A stretch of 64,000 nucleotides of DNA from Auanema rhodensis (lineage: Eukaryota > Animalia > Nematoda): NCBI GenBank assembly GCA_964057225.1, contig OZ059897.1, positions 22,196,001 to 22,260,000 of the forward strand. The letters run 5' to 3'. A model generated the notes under the pieces. It had not been told where the DNA came from. It searched no databases and saw only the letters and a list, made by a program, of their open reading frames with translations. Positions 10,001 through 24,332 of this stretch are shown in pieces. Numbering within the stretch: the first letter of the stretch is position 1; each line of letters begins with the position of its first letter. The position numbers and the translations under genes are program-made.

Positions 10001-12188
10001 ATTAGTCTAAAAACAAATTTTTATTGACATTGGTGCATGGTAACCATGACTTTGAAATTTACGTGAACTTTAATTTATGCTAATTAAATGTACACGTGAT
10101 GTGCACTTGGTATGTAACTCGCTTCACGTGAAAGATAGAGAGATGCGGTTTTCAAAATTAGATTCCCCATGTCCATATTAGTCTAAAAACAAATTTTTAT
10201 TGACATTGGTGCATGGTAACCATGACTTTGAAATTTACGTGAACTTTAATTTATGCTAATTAAATGTACACGTGATGTGCACTTGGTATGTAACTCGCTT
10301 CAAGTGAAAGATAAAGAGATGCGGTTTTCAAAATTAGATTCCCCATGTCCATATTAGTCTAAAAACAAATTTTTATTGATATTGGTTCATGGTAACCATG
10401 ACTTTGAAATTTACGTGAACTTTAATTTATGCTAATTAAATGTACACGTGATGTGCACTTGGTATGTAACTCGCTTCACGTGAAAGATAAAGAGATGCGG
10501 TTTTCAAAATTAGATTCCCCATGTCCATATTAGTCTAAAAACAAATTTTTATTGATATTGGTTCATGGTAACCATGACTTTGAAATTTACGTGAACTTTA
10601 ATTTATGCTAATTAAATGTACACGTGATGTGCACTTAGTATGTAACTCGCTTCACGTGAAAGATAAAGAGATGCGGTTTTCAAAATTAGATTCCCCATGT
10701 CCATATTAGTCTAAAAACAAATTTTTATTGATATTGGTGCATGGTAACCATGACTTTGAAAGTTACGTGAACTTTAATTTATGCTAATTAAATGTACACG
10801 TGATGTGCACTTCGTATGTAACTCGCTTCACGTAAAAGATAAAGAGATGCGGTTTTCAAAATTAGATTCCCCATATCCATATTAGTCTAAAAACAAATTT
10901 TTATTGACATTGGTGCATGGTAACCATGACTTTGAAATTTACGTGAACTTTAATTTATGCTAATTAAATGTACACGTGATGTGCACTTGGTATGTAACTC
11001 GCTTCACGTGAAAGATAAAGAGATGCGGTTTTCAAAATTAGATTCCCCATGTCCATATTAGTCTAAAAACAAATTTTTATTGATATTGGTGCATGGTAAC
11101 CATGACTTTGAAATTTACGTGAACTTTAATTTATGCTAATTAAATGTACACGTGATGTGCACTTGGTATGTAACTCGCTTCACGTGAAAGATAAAGAGAT
11201 GCGGTTTTCAAAATTAGATTCCCCATGTCCATATTAGTCTAAAAACAAATTTTTATTGATATTGGTTCATGGTAACCATGACTTTGAAATTTACGTGAAC
11301 TTTAATTTATGCTAATTAAATGTACACGTGATGTGCACTTGGTATGTAACTCGCTTCACGTGAAAGATAAAGAGATGCGGTTTTCAAAATTAGATTCCCC
11401 ATGTCCATATTAATCTAAAAACAAATTTTTATTGATATTGGTTCATGGTAACCATGACTTTGAAATTTACGTGAACTTTAATTTATGCTAATTAAATGTA
11501 CACGTGATGTGCACTTGGTATGTAACTCGCTTCACGTGAAAGATAAAGAGATGCGGTTTTCAAAATTAGATTCCCCATGTCCATATTAGTCTAAAAACAA
11601 ATTTTTATTGATACTGGTGCATGGTAACCATGACTTTGAAATTTACGTGAACTTTAATTTATGCTAATTAAATGTACACGTGATGTGCACTTGGTATGTA
11701 ACTCGCTTCACGTGAAAGATGAAGAGATGCGGTTTTCAAAATTAGATTCCCCATGTCCATATTAGTCTAAAAACAAATTTTTATTGACATTGGTGCATGG
11801 TAACCATGACTTTGAAATTTACGTGAACTTTAATTTATGCTAATTAAATGTACACGTGATGTGCACTTGGTATGTAACTCGCTTCACGTGAAAGATAGAG
11901 AGATGCGGTTTTCAAAATTAGATTCCCCATGTCCATATTAGTCTAAAAACAAATTTTTATTGATATTGGTGCATGGTAACCATGACTTTGAAATTTACGT
12001 GAACTTTAATTTATGCTAATTAAATGTACACGTGATGTGCACTTGGTATGTAACTCGCTTCACGTGAAAGATAAAGAGATGCGGTTTTCACAATTAGATT
12101 CCCCATGTCCATATTAGTCTAAAAACAAATTTTTATTGATATTGGTTCATGGTAACCATGACTTTGAAATTTACGTGAACTTTAATTT

Positions 12189-13596
12189 ATGCTAATTAAA
12201 TGTACACGTGATGTGCACTTGGTATGTAACTCGCTTCACGTGAAAGATAAAGAGATGCGGTTTTCAAAATTAGATTCCCTATGTCCATATTAGTCTAAAA
12301 ACAAATTTTTATTGATATTGGTGCATGGTAACCATGACTTTGAAATTTACGTGAACTTTAATTTATGCTAATTAAATGTACACGTGATGTGCACTTGGTA
12401 TGTAACTCGCTTCACGTGAAAGATAAAGAGATGCGGTTTCCAAAATTAGATTCCCCATGTCCATATTAGTTTAAAAACAAATTTTTATTGATATTGGTGC
12501 ATGGTAACCATGACTTTGAAATTTACGTGAACTTTAATTTATGCTAATTAAATGTACACGTGATGTGCACTTGGTATGTAACTCGCTTCAAGTGAAAGAT
12601 AAAGAGATGCGGTTTTCAAAATTAGATTCCCCATGTCCATATTAGTCTAAAAACAAATTTTTATTGATATTGGTTCATGGTAACCATGACTTTGAAATTT
12701 ACGTGAACTTTAATTTATGCTAATTAAATGTACACGTGATGTGCTCTTAGTATGTAACTCGCTTCAAGTGAAAGATAAAGAGATGCGGTTTTCAAAATTA
12801 GATTCCCCATGTCCATATTAGTCTAAAAACAAGTTTTTATTGATATTGGTGCATGGTAACCATGACTTTGAAATTTACGTGAACTTTAATTTATGCTAAT
12901 TAAATGTACACGTGATGTGCACTTGGTATGTAACTCGCTTCACGTGAAAGATAAAGAGATGCGGTTTTCAAAATTAGATTCCCTATGTCCATATTAGTCT
13001 AAAAACAAATTTTTATTGATATTGGTGCATGGTAACCATGACTTTGAAATTTACGTGAACTTTAATTTATGCTAATTAAATGTACACGTGATGTGCACTT
13101 GGTATGTAACTCGCTTCACGTGAAAGATAAAGAGATGCGGTTTCCAAAATTAGATTCCCCATGTCCATATTAGTTTAAAAACAAATTTTTATTGATATTG
13201 GTGCATGGTAACCATGACTTTGAAATTTACGTGAACTTTAATTTATGCTAATTAAATGTACACGTGATGTGCACTTGGTATGTAACTCGCTTCAAGTGAA
13301 AGATAAAGAGATGCGGTTTTCAAAATTAGATTCCCCATGTCCATATTAGTCTAAAAACAAATTTTTATTGATATTGGTTCATGGTAACCATGACTTTGAA
13401 ATTTACGTGAACTTTAATTTATGCTAATTAAATGTACACGTGATGTGCACTTAGTATGTAACTCGCTTCAAGTGAAAGATAAAGAGATGCGGTTTTCAAA
13501 ATTAGATTCCCCATGTCCATATTAGTCTAAAAACAAATTTTTATTGATATTGGTGCATGGTAACCATGACTTTGAAATTTACGTGAACTTTAATTT
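12189..13596. repeat. 4-monomer (704-bp) tandem duplication within the satellite
   Basis: The ordered variants ccct / tttcc+gttt / caagtg / cttag+caagtg occur at 12189-12892 and again at 12893-13596. Confidence 0.8.
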
Positions 13597-13948
13597 ATGC
13601 TAATTAAATGTACACGTGATGTGCACTTAGTATGTAACTCGCTTCACGTGAAAAATAAAGAGATGCGGTTTTCAAAATTAGATTCCCCATGTCCATATTA
13701 GTCTAAAAACAAATTTTTATTGATATTGGTGCATGGTAACCATGACTTTGAAAGTTACGTGAACTTTAATTTATGCTAATTAAATGTACACGTGATGTGC
13801 ACTTCGTATGTAACTCGCTTCACGTGAAAGATAAAGAGATGCGGTTTTCAAAATTAGATTCCCCATGTCCATATTAGTCTAAAAACAAATTTTTATTGAT
13901 ATTGGTTCATGGTAACCATGACTTTGAAATTTACGTGAACTTTAATTT

Positions 13949-16900
13949 ATGCTAATTAAATGTACACGTGATGTGCACTTGGTATGTAACTCGCTTCACT
14001 TGAAAGATAAAGAGATGCGGTTTTCAAAATTAGATTCCCTATGTCCATATTGGTCTAAAAACAAATTTTTATTGATATTGGTGCATGGTAACCATGACTT
14101 TGAAATTTACGTGAACTTCAATTTATGCTAATCAAATGTACACGTGATGTGCACTTGGTATGTAACTCGCTTCACGTGAAAGATGAAGAGATGCGGTTTG
14201 CAAAATTAGATTCCCCATATCCATATTAGTCTAAAAACAAATTTTTATTGACATTGGTGCATGGTAACCATGACTTTGAAATTTACGTGAACTTTAATTT
14301 ATGCTAATTAAATGTACACGTGATGTGCACTTGGTATGTAACTCGCTTCACGTGAAAGATAAAGAGATGCGGTTTTCAAAATTAGATTCCCCATGTCCAT
14401 ATTAGTCTAAAAACAAATTTTTATTGATATTGGTGCATGGTAACCATGACTTTGAAATTTACGTGAACTTTAATTTATGCTAATTAAATGTACACGTGAT
14501 GTGCACTTGGTATGTAACTCGCTTCACGTGAAAGATAAAGAGATGCGGTTTTCAAAATTAGATTCCCCATGTCCATATTAGTCTAAAAACAAATTTTTAT
14601 TGATATTGGTTCATGGTAACCATGACTTTGAAATTTACGTGAACTTTAATTTATGCTAATTAAATGTACACGTGATGTGCACTTGGTATGTAACTCGCTT
14701 CACGTGAAAGATAAAGAGATGCGGTTTTCAAAATTAGATTCCCCATGTCCATATTAGTCTAAAAACAAATTTTTATTGATATTGGTGCATGGTAACCATG
14801 ACTTTGAAATTTACGTGAACTTTAATTTATGCTAATTAAATGTACACGTGATGTGCACTTGGTATGTAACTCGCTTCACGTGAAAGATGAAGAGATGCGG
14901 TTTTCAAAATTAGATTCCCCATGTCCATATTAGTCTAAAAACAAATTTTTATTGATATTGGTTCATGGTAACCATGACTTTGAAATTTACGTGAACTTTA
15001 ATTTATGCTAATTAAATGTATACGTGATGTGCACTTGGTATGTAACTCGCTTCACGTGAAAGATAAAGAGATGCGGTTTCCAAAATTAGATTCCCCATGT
15101 CCATATTAGTCTAAAAACAAATTTTTATTGATATTGGTGCATGGTAACCATGACTTTGAAATTTACGTGAACTTTAATTTATGCTAATTAAATGTACACG
15201 TGATGTGCACTTGGTATGTAACTCGCTTCACGTGAAAGATGAAGAGATGCGGTTTTCAAAATTAGATTCCCCATGTCCATATTAGTCTAAAAACAAATTT
15301 TTATTGATATTGGTGCATGGTAACCATGACTTTGAAATTTACGTGAACTTTAATTTATGCTAATTAAATGTACACGTGATGTGCACTTGGTATGTAACTC
15401 GCTTCACGTGAAAGATAAAGAGATGCGGTTTTCAAAATTAGATTCCCCATGTCCATATTAGTCTAAAAACAAATTTTTATTGATATTGGTGCATGGTAAC
15501 CATGACTTTGAAATTTACGTGAACTTTAATTTATGCTAATTAAATGTACACGTGATGTGCACTTGGTATGTAACTCGCTTCACGTGGAAGATAAAGAGAT
15601 GCGGTTTTCAAAATTAGATTCCCCATGTCCATATTAGTCTAAAAACAAATTTTTATTGATATTGGTTCATGATAACCATGACTTTGAAATTTACGTGAAC
15701 TTTAATTTATGCTAATTAAATGTATACGTGATGTGCACTTGGTATGTAACTCGCTTAACGTGAAAGATAAAGAGATGCGGTTTTCAAAATTAGATTCCCC
15801 ATGTCCATATTAGTCTAAAAACAAATTTTTATTGATATTGGTTCATGGTAACCATGACTTTGAAATTTACGTGAACTTTAATTTATGCTAATTAAATGTA
15901 CACGTGATGTGCACTTCGTATGTAACTCGCTTCACGTGAAAGATAAAGAGAGGCGGTTTTCAAAATTAGATTCCCCATGTCCATATTAGTCTAAAAACAA
16001 ATTTTTATTGATATTGGTTCATGGTAACCATGACTTTGAAATTTACGTGAACTTTAATTTATGCTAATTAAATGTACACGTGATGTGCACTTGGTATGTA
16101 ACTCGCTTCACTTGAAAGATAAAGAGATGCGGTTTTCAAAATTAGATTCCCTATGTCCATATTGGTCTAAAAACAAATTTTTATTGATATTGGTGCATGG
16201 TAACCATGACTTTGAAATTTACGTGAACTTCAATTTATGCTAATCAAATGTACACGTGATGTGCACTTGGTATGTAACTCGCTTCACGTGAAAGATGAAG
16301 AGATGCGGTTTGCAAAATTAGATTCCCCATGTCCATATTAGTCTAAAAACAAATTTTTATTGACATTGGTGCATGGTAACCATGACTTTGAAATTTACGT
16401 GAACTTTAATTTATGCTAATTAAATGTACACGTGATGTGCACTTGGTATGTAACTCGCTTCACGTGAAAGATAAAGAGATGCGGTTTTCAAAATTAGATT
16501 CCCCATGTCCATATTAGTCTAAAAACAAATTTTTATTGATATTGGTGCATGGTAACCATGACTTTGAAATTTACGTGAACTTTAATTTATGCTAATTAAA
16601 TGTACACGTGATGTGCACTTGGTATGTAACTCGCTTCACGTGAAAGATAAAGAGATGCGGTTTTCAAAATTAGATTCCCCATGTCCATATTAGTCTAAAA
16701 ACAAATTTTTATTGATATTGGTTCATGGTAACCATGACTTTGAAATTTACGTGAACTTTAATTTATGCTAATTAAATGTACACGTGATGTGCACTTGGTA
16801 TGTAACTCGCTTCACGTGAAAGATAAAGAGATGCGGTTTTCAAAATTAGATTCCCCATGTCCATATTAGTCTAAAAACAAATTTTTATTGATATTGGTTC

Positions 16901-19900
16901 ATGGTAACCATGACTTTGAAATTTACGTGAACTTTAATTTATGCTAATTAAATGTACACGTGATGTGCACTTGGTATGTAACTCGCTTCACGTGAAAGAT
17001 AAAGAGATGCGGTTTTCAAAATTAGATTCCCCATGTCCATATTAGTCTAAAAACAAATTTTTATTGATATTGGTTCATGGTAACCATGACTTTGAAATTT
17101 ACGTGAACTTTAATTTATGCTAATTAAATGTATACGTGATGTGCACTTGGTATGTAACTCGCTTCACGTGAAAGATAAAGAGATGCGGTTTCCAAAATTA
17201 GATTCCCCATGTCCATATTAGTCTAAAAACAAATTTTTATTGATATTGGTGCATGGTAACCATGACTTTGAAATTTACGTGAACTTTAATTTATGCTAAT
17301 TAAATGTACACGTGATGTGCACTTGGTATGTAACTCGCTTCACGTGAAAGATGAAGAGATGCGGTTTTCAAAATTAGATTCCCCATGTCCATATTAGTCT
17401 AAAAACAAATTTTTATTGATATTGGTGCATGGTAACCATGACTTTGAAATTTACGTGAACTTTAATTTATGCTAATTAAATGTACACGTGATGTGCACTT
17501 GGTATGTAACTCGCTTCACGTGAAAGATAAAGAGATGCGGTTTTCAAAATTAGATTCCCCATGTCCATATTAGTCTAAAAACAAATTTTTATTGATATTG
17601 GTGCATGGTAACCATGACTTTGAAATTTACGTGAACTTTAATTTATGCTAATTAAATGTACACGTGATGTGCACTTGGTATGTAACTCGCTTCACGTGGA
17701 AGATAAAGAGATGCGGTTTTCAAAATTAGATTCCCCATGTCCATATTAGTCTAAAAACAAATTTTTATTGATATTGGTTCATGATAACCATGACTTTGAA
17801 ATTTACGTGAACTTTAATTTATGCTAATTAAATGTATACGTGATGTGCACTTGGTATGTAACTCGCTTAACGTGAAAGATAAAGAGATGCGGTTTTCAAA
17901 ATTAGATTCCCCATGTCCATATTAGTCTAAAAACAAATTTTTATTGATATTGGTTCATGGTAACCATGACTTTGAAATTTACGTGAACTTTAATTTATGC
18001 TAATTAAATGTACACGTGATGTGCACTTCGTATGTAACTCGCTTCACGTGAAAGATAAAGAGAGGCGGTTTTCAAAATTAGATTCCCCATGTCCATATTA
18101 GTCTAAAAACAAATTTTTATTGATATTGGTTCATGGTAACCATGACTTTGAAATTTACGTGAACTTTAATTTATGCTAATTAAATGTACACGTGATGTGC
18201 ACTTGGTATGTAACTCGCTTCACTTGAAAGATAAAGAGATGCGGTTTTCAAAATTAGATTCCCTATGTCCATATTGGTCTAAAAACAAATTTTTATTGAT
18301 ATTGGTGCATGGTAACCATGACTTTGAAATTTACGTGAACTTCAATTTATGCTAATCAAATGTACACGTGATGTGCACTTGGTATGTAACTCGCTTCACG
18401 TGAAAGATGAAGAGATGCGGTTTGCAAAATTAGATTCCCCATGTCCATATTAGTCTAAAAACAAATTTTTATTGACATTGGTGCATGGTAACCATGACTT
18501 TGAAATTTACGTGAACTTTAATTTATGCTAATTAAATGTACACGTGATGTGCACTTGGTATGTAACTCGCTTCACGTGAAAGATAAAGAGATGCGGTTTT
18601 CAAAATTAGATTCCCCATGTCCATATTAGTCTAAAAACAAATTTTTATTGATATTGGTGCATGGTAACCATGACTTTGAAATTTACGTGAACTTTAATTT
18701 ATGCTAATTAAATGTACACGTGATGTGCACTTGGTATGTAACTCGCTTCACGTGAAAGATAAAGAGATGCGGTTTTCAAAATTAGATTCCCCATGTCCAT
18801 ATTAGTCTAAAAACAAATTTTTATTGATATTGGTTCATGGTAACCATGACTTTGAAATTTACGTGAACTTTAATTTATGCTAATTAAATGTACACGTGAT
18901 GTGCACTTGGTATGTAACTCGCTTCACGTGAAAGATAAAGAGATGCGGTTTTCAAAATTAGATTCCCCATGTCCATATTAGTCTAAAAACAAATTTTTAT
19001 TGATATTGGTTCATGGTAACCATGACTTTGAAATTTACGTGAACTTTAATTTATGCTAATTAAATGTACACGTGATGTGCACTTGGTATGTAACTCGCTT
19101 CACGTGAAAGATAAAGAGATGCGGTTTTCAAAATTAGATTCCCCATGTCCATATTAGTCTAAAAACAAATTTTTATTGATATTGGTTCATGGTAACCATG
19201 ACTTTGAAATTTACGTGAACTTTAATTTATGCTAATTAAATGTATACGTGATGTGCACTTGGTATGTAACTCGCTTCACGTGAAAGATAAAGAGATGCGG
19301 TTTCCAAAATTAGATTCCCCATGTCCATATTAGTCTAAAAACAAATTTTTATTGATATTGGTGCATGGTAACCATGACTTTGAAATTTACGTGAACTTTA
19401 ATTTATGCTAATTAAATGTACACGTGATGTGCACTTGGTATGTAACTCGCTTCACGTGAAAGATGAAGAGATGCGGTTTTCAAAATTAGATTCCCCATGT
19501 CCATATTAGTCTAAAAACAAATTTTTATTGATATTGGTGCATGGTAACCATGACTTTGAAATTTACGTGAACTTTAATTTATGCTAATTAAATGTACACG
19601 TGATGTGCACTTGGTATGTAACTCGCTTCACGTGAAAGATAAAGAGATGCGGTTTTCAAAATTAGATTCCCCATGTCCATATTAGTCTAAAAACAAATTT
19701 TTATTGATATTGGTGCATGGTAACCATGACTTTGAAATTTACGTGAACTTTAATTTATGCTAATTAAATGTACACGTGATGTGCACTTGGTATGTAACTC
19801 GCTTCACGTGGAAGATAAAGAGATGCGGTTTTCAAAATTAGATTCCCCATGTCCATATTAGTCTAAAAACAAATTTTTATTGATATTGGTTCATGATAAC

Positions 19901-21164
19901 CATGACTTTGAAATTTACGTGAACTTTAATTTATGCTAATTAAATGTATACGTGATGTGCACTTGGTATGTAACTCGCTTAACGTGAAAGATAAAGAGAT
20001 GCGGTTTTCAAAATTAGATTCCCCATGTCCATATTAGTCTAAAAACAAATTTTTATTGATATTGGTTCATGGTAACCATGACTTTGAAATTTACGTGAAC
20101 TTTAATTTATGCTAATTAAATGTACACGTGATGTGCACTTCGTATGTAACTCGCTTCACGTGAAAGATAAAGAGAGGCGGTTTTCAAAATTAGATTCCCC
20201 ATGTCCATATTAGTCTAAAAACAAATTTTTATTGATATTGGTTCATGGTAACCATGACTTTGAAATTTACGTGAACTTTAATTTATGCTAATTAAATGTA
20301 CACGTGATGTGCACTTGGTATGTAACTCGCTTCACTTGAAAGATAAAGAGATGCGGTTTTCAAAATTAGATTCCCTATGTCCATATTGGTCTAAAAACAA
20401 ATTTTTATTGATATTGGTGCATGGTAACCATGACTTTGAAATTTACGTGAACTTCAATTTATGCTAATCAAATGTACACGTGATGTGCACTTGGTATGTA
20501 ACTCGCTTCACGTGAAAGATGAAGAGATGCGGTTTGCAAAATTAGATTCCCCATGTCCATATTAGTCTAAAAACAAATTTTTATTGACATTGGTGCATGG
20601 TAACCATGACTTTGAAATTTACGTGAACTTTAATTTATGCTAATTAAATGTACACGTGATGTGCACTTGGTATGTAACTCGCTTCACGTGAAAGATAAAG
20701 AGATGCGGTTTTCAAAATTAGATTCCCCATGTCCATATTAGTCTAAAAACAAATTTTTATTGATATTGGTGCATGGTAACCATGACTTTGAAATTTACGT
20801 GAACTTTAATTTATGCTAATTAAATGTACACGTGATGTGCACTTGGTATGTAACTCGCTTCACGTGAAAGATAAAGAGATGCGGTTTTCAAAATTAGATT
20901 CCCCATGTCCATATTAGTCTAAAAACAAATTTTTATTGATATTGGTTCATGGTAACCATGACTTTGAAATTTACGTGAACTTTAATTTATGCTAATTAAA
21001 TGTACACGTGATGTGCACTTGGTATGTAACTCGCTTCACGTGAAAGATAAAGAGATGCGGTTTTCAAAATTAGATTCCCCATGTCCATATTAGTCTAAAA
21101 ACAAATTTTTATTGATATTGGTTCATGGTAACCATGACTTTGAAATTTACGTGAACTTTAATTT
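13949..21164. repeat. 12-monomer (2112-bp) higher-order repeat, 3 full copies plus a partial
   Basis: A marker monomer (cacttg, ccctat, attggt, cttcaat) occurs at 13949, 16061, 18173 and 20285, each 2112 bp apart. tgtatacg, cacgtgga+gataac, cttaacg and cttcg+gaggcgg recur with the same period. Copies 2 and 3 read identical; copy 1 differs at about 3 sites. Confidence 0.92.
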
Positions 21165-24100
21165 ATGCTAATTAAATGTACACGTGATGTGCACTTGGTA
21201 TGTAACTCGCTTCACGTGAAAGATAAAGAGATGCGGTTTTCAAAATTAGATTCCCCATGTCCATATTAGTCTAAAAACAAATTTTTATTGATACTGGTGC
21301 ATGGTAACCATGACTTTGAAATTTACGTGAACTTTAATTTATGCTAATTAAATGTACACGTGATGTGCACTTGGTATGTAACTCGCTTCACGTGAAAGAT
21401 GAAGAGATGCGGTTTTCAAAATTAGATTCCCCATGTCCATATTAGTCTAAAAACAAATTTTTATTGATATTGGTGCATGGTAACCATGACTTTGAAATTT
21501 ACGTGAACTTTAATTTATGCTAATTAAATGTACACGTGATGTGCACTTGGTATGTAACTCGCTTCACGTGAAAGATGAAGAGATGCGGTTTTCAAAATTA
21601 GATTCCCCATGTCCATATTAGTCTAAAAACAAATTTTTATTGACATTGGTGCATGGTAACCATGACTTTGAAATTTACGTGAACTTTAATTTATGCTAAT
21701 TAAATGTACACGTGATGTGCACTTGGTATGTAACTCGCTTCACGTGAAAGATAAAGAGATGCGGTTTTCAAAATTAGATTCCCCATGTCCATATTAGTCT
21801 AAAAACAAATTTTTATTGATATTGGTTCATGGTAACCATGACTTTGAAATTTACGTGAACTTTAATTTATGCTAATTAAATGTACACGTGATGTGCACTT
21901 GGTATGTAACTCGCTTCACGTGAAAGATAAAGAGATGCGGTTTTCAAAATTAGATTCCCCATGTCCATATTAGTCTAAAAACAAATTTTTATTGATATTG
22001 GTTCATGGTAACCATGACTTTGAAATTTACGTGAACTTTAATTTATGCTAATTAAATGTACACGTGATGTGCACTTGGTATGTAACTCGCTTCACGTGAA
22101 AGATAAAGAGATGCGGTTTTCAAAATTAGATTCCCCATGTCCATATTAGTCTAAAAACAAATTTTTATTGATATTGGTTCATGGTAACCATGACTTTGAA
22201 ATTTACGTGAACTTTAATTTATGCTAATTAAATGTACACGTGATGTGCACTTGGTATGTAACTCGCTTCACGTGAAAGATAAAGAGATGCGGTTTTCAAA
22301 ATTAGATTCCCCATGTCCATATTAGTCTAAAAACAAATTTTTATTGATATTGGTGCATGGTAACCATGACTTTGAAATTTACGTGAACTTTAATTTATGC
22401 TAATTAAATGTACACGTGATGTGCACTTGGTATGTAACTCGCTTCACGTGAAAGATGAAGAGATGCGGTTTTCAAAATTAGATTCCCCATGTCCATATTA
22501 GTCTAAAAACAAATTTTTATTGACATTGGTGCATGGTAACCATGACTTTGAAATTTACGTGAACTTTAATTTATGCTAATTAAATGTACACGTGATGTGC
22601 ACTTGGTATGTAACTCGCTTCACGTGAAAGATAGAGAGATGCGGTTTTCAAAATTAGATTCCCCATGTCCATATTAGTCTAAAAACAAATTTTTATTGAT
22701 ATTGGTGCATGGTAACCATGACTTTGAAATTTACGTGAACTTTAATTTATGCTAATTAAATGTACACGTGATGTGCACTTGGTATGTAACTCGCTTCACG
22801 TGAAAGATGAAGAGATGCGGTTTTCAAAATTAGATTCCCCATGTCCATATTAGTCTAAAAACAAATTTTTATTGACATTGGTGCATGGTAACCATGACTT
22901 TGAAATTTACGTGAACTTTAATTTATGCTAATTAAATGTACACGTGATGTGCACTTGGTATGTAACTTGCTTCACGTGAAAGATGAAGAGATGCGGTTTT
23001 CAAAATTAGATTCCCCATGTCCATATTAGTCTAAAAACAAATTTTTATTGACATTGGTGCATGGTAACCATGACTTTGAAATTTACGTGAACTTTAATTT
23101 ATGCTAATTAAATGTACACGTGATGTGCACTTGGTATGTAACTCGCTTCACGTGAAAGATAGAGAGATGCGGTTTTCAAAATTAGATTCCCCATGTCCAT
23201 ATTAGTCTAAAAACAAATTTTTATTGATATTGGTGCATGGTAACCATGACTTTGAAATTTACGTGAACTTTAATTTATGCTAATTAAATGTACACGTGAT
23301 GTGCACTTGGTATGTAACTCGCTTCACGTGAAAGATGAAGAGATGCGGTTCTCAAAATTAGATTCCCCATGTCCATATTAGTCTAAAAACAAATTTTTAT
23401 TGATATTGGTGCATGGTAACCATGACTTTGAAATTTACGTGAACTTTAATTTATGCTAATTAAATGTACACGTGATGTGCACTTGGTATGTAACTCGCTT
23501 CACGTGAAAGATGAAGAGATGCGGTTTTCAAAATTAGATTCCCCATGTCCATATTAGTCTAAAAACAAATTTTTAATGACATTGGTGCATGGTAACCATG
23601 ACTTTGAAATTTACGTGAACTTTAATTTATGCTAATTAAATGTACACGTGATGTGCACTTGGTATGTAACTCGCTTCACGTGAAAGATAAAGAGATGCGG
23701 TTTTCAAAATTAGATTCCCCATGTCCATATTAGTCTAAAAACAAATTTTTATTGATATTGGTTCATGGTAACCATGACTTTGAAATTTACGTGAACTTTA
23801 ATTTATGCTAATTAAATGTACACGTGATGTGCACTTGGTATGTAACTCGCTTCACGTGAAAGATAAAGAGATGCGGTTTTCAAAATTAGATTCCCCATGT
23901 CCATATTAGTCTAAAAACAAATTTTTATTGACATTGGTGCATGGTAACCATGAGTTTGAAATTTACGTGAACTTTAATTTATGCTAATTAAATGTACACG
24001 TGATGTGCACTTGGTATGTAACTCGCTTCACGTGAAAGATAGAGAGATGCGGTTTTCAAAATTAGATTCCCCATGTCCATATTAGTCTAAAAACAAATTT

Positions 24101-24332
24101 TTATTGACATTGGTGCATGGTAACCATGACTTTGAAATTTACGTGAACTTTAATTTATGCTAATTAAATGTACACGTGATGTGCACTTGGTATGTAACTC
24201 GCTTCACGTGAAAGATAAAGAGATGCGGTTTTCAATATTAGATTCCCCATGTCCATATTAGTCTAAAAACAAATTTTTATTGATATTGGTTCATGGTAAC
24301 CATGACTTTGAAATTTACGTGAACTTTAATTT

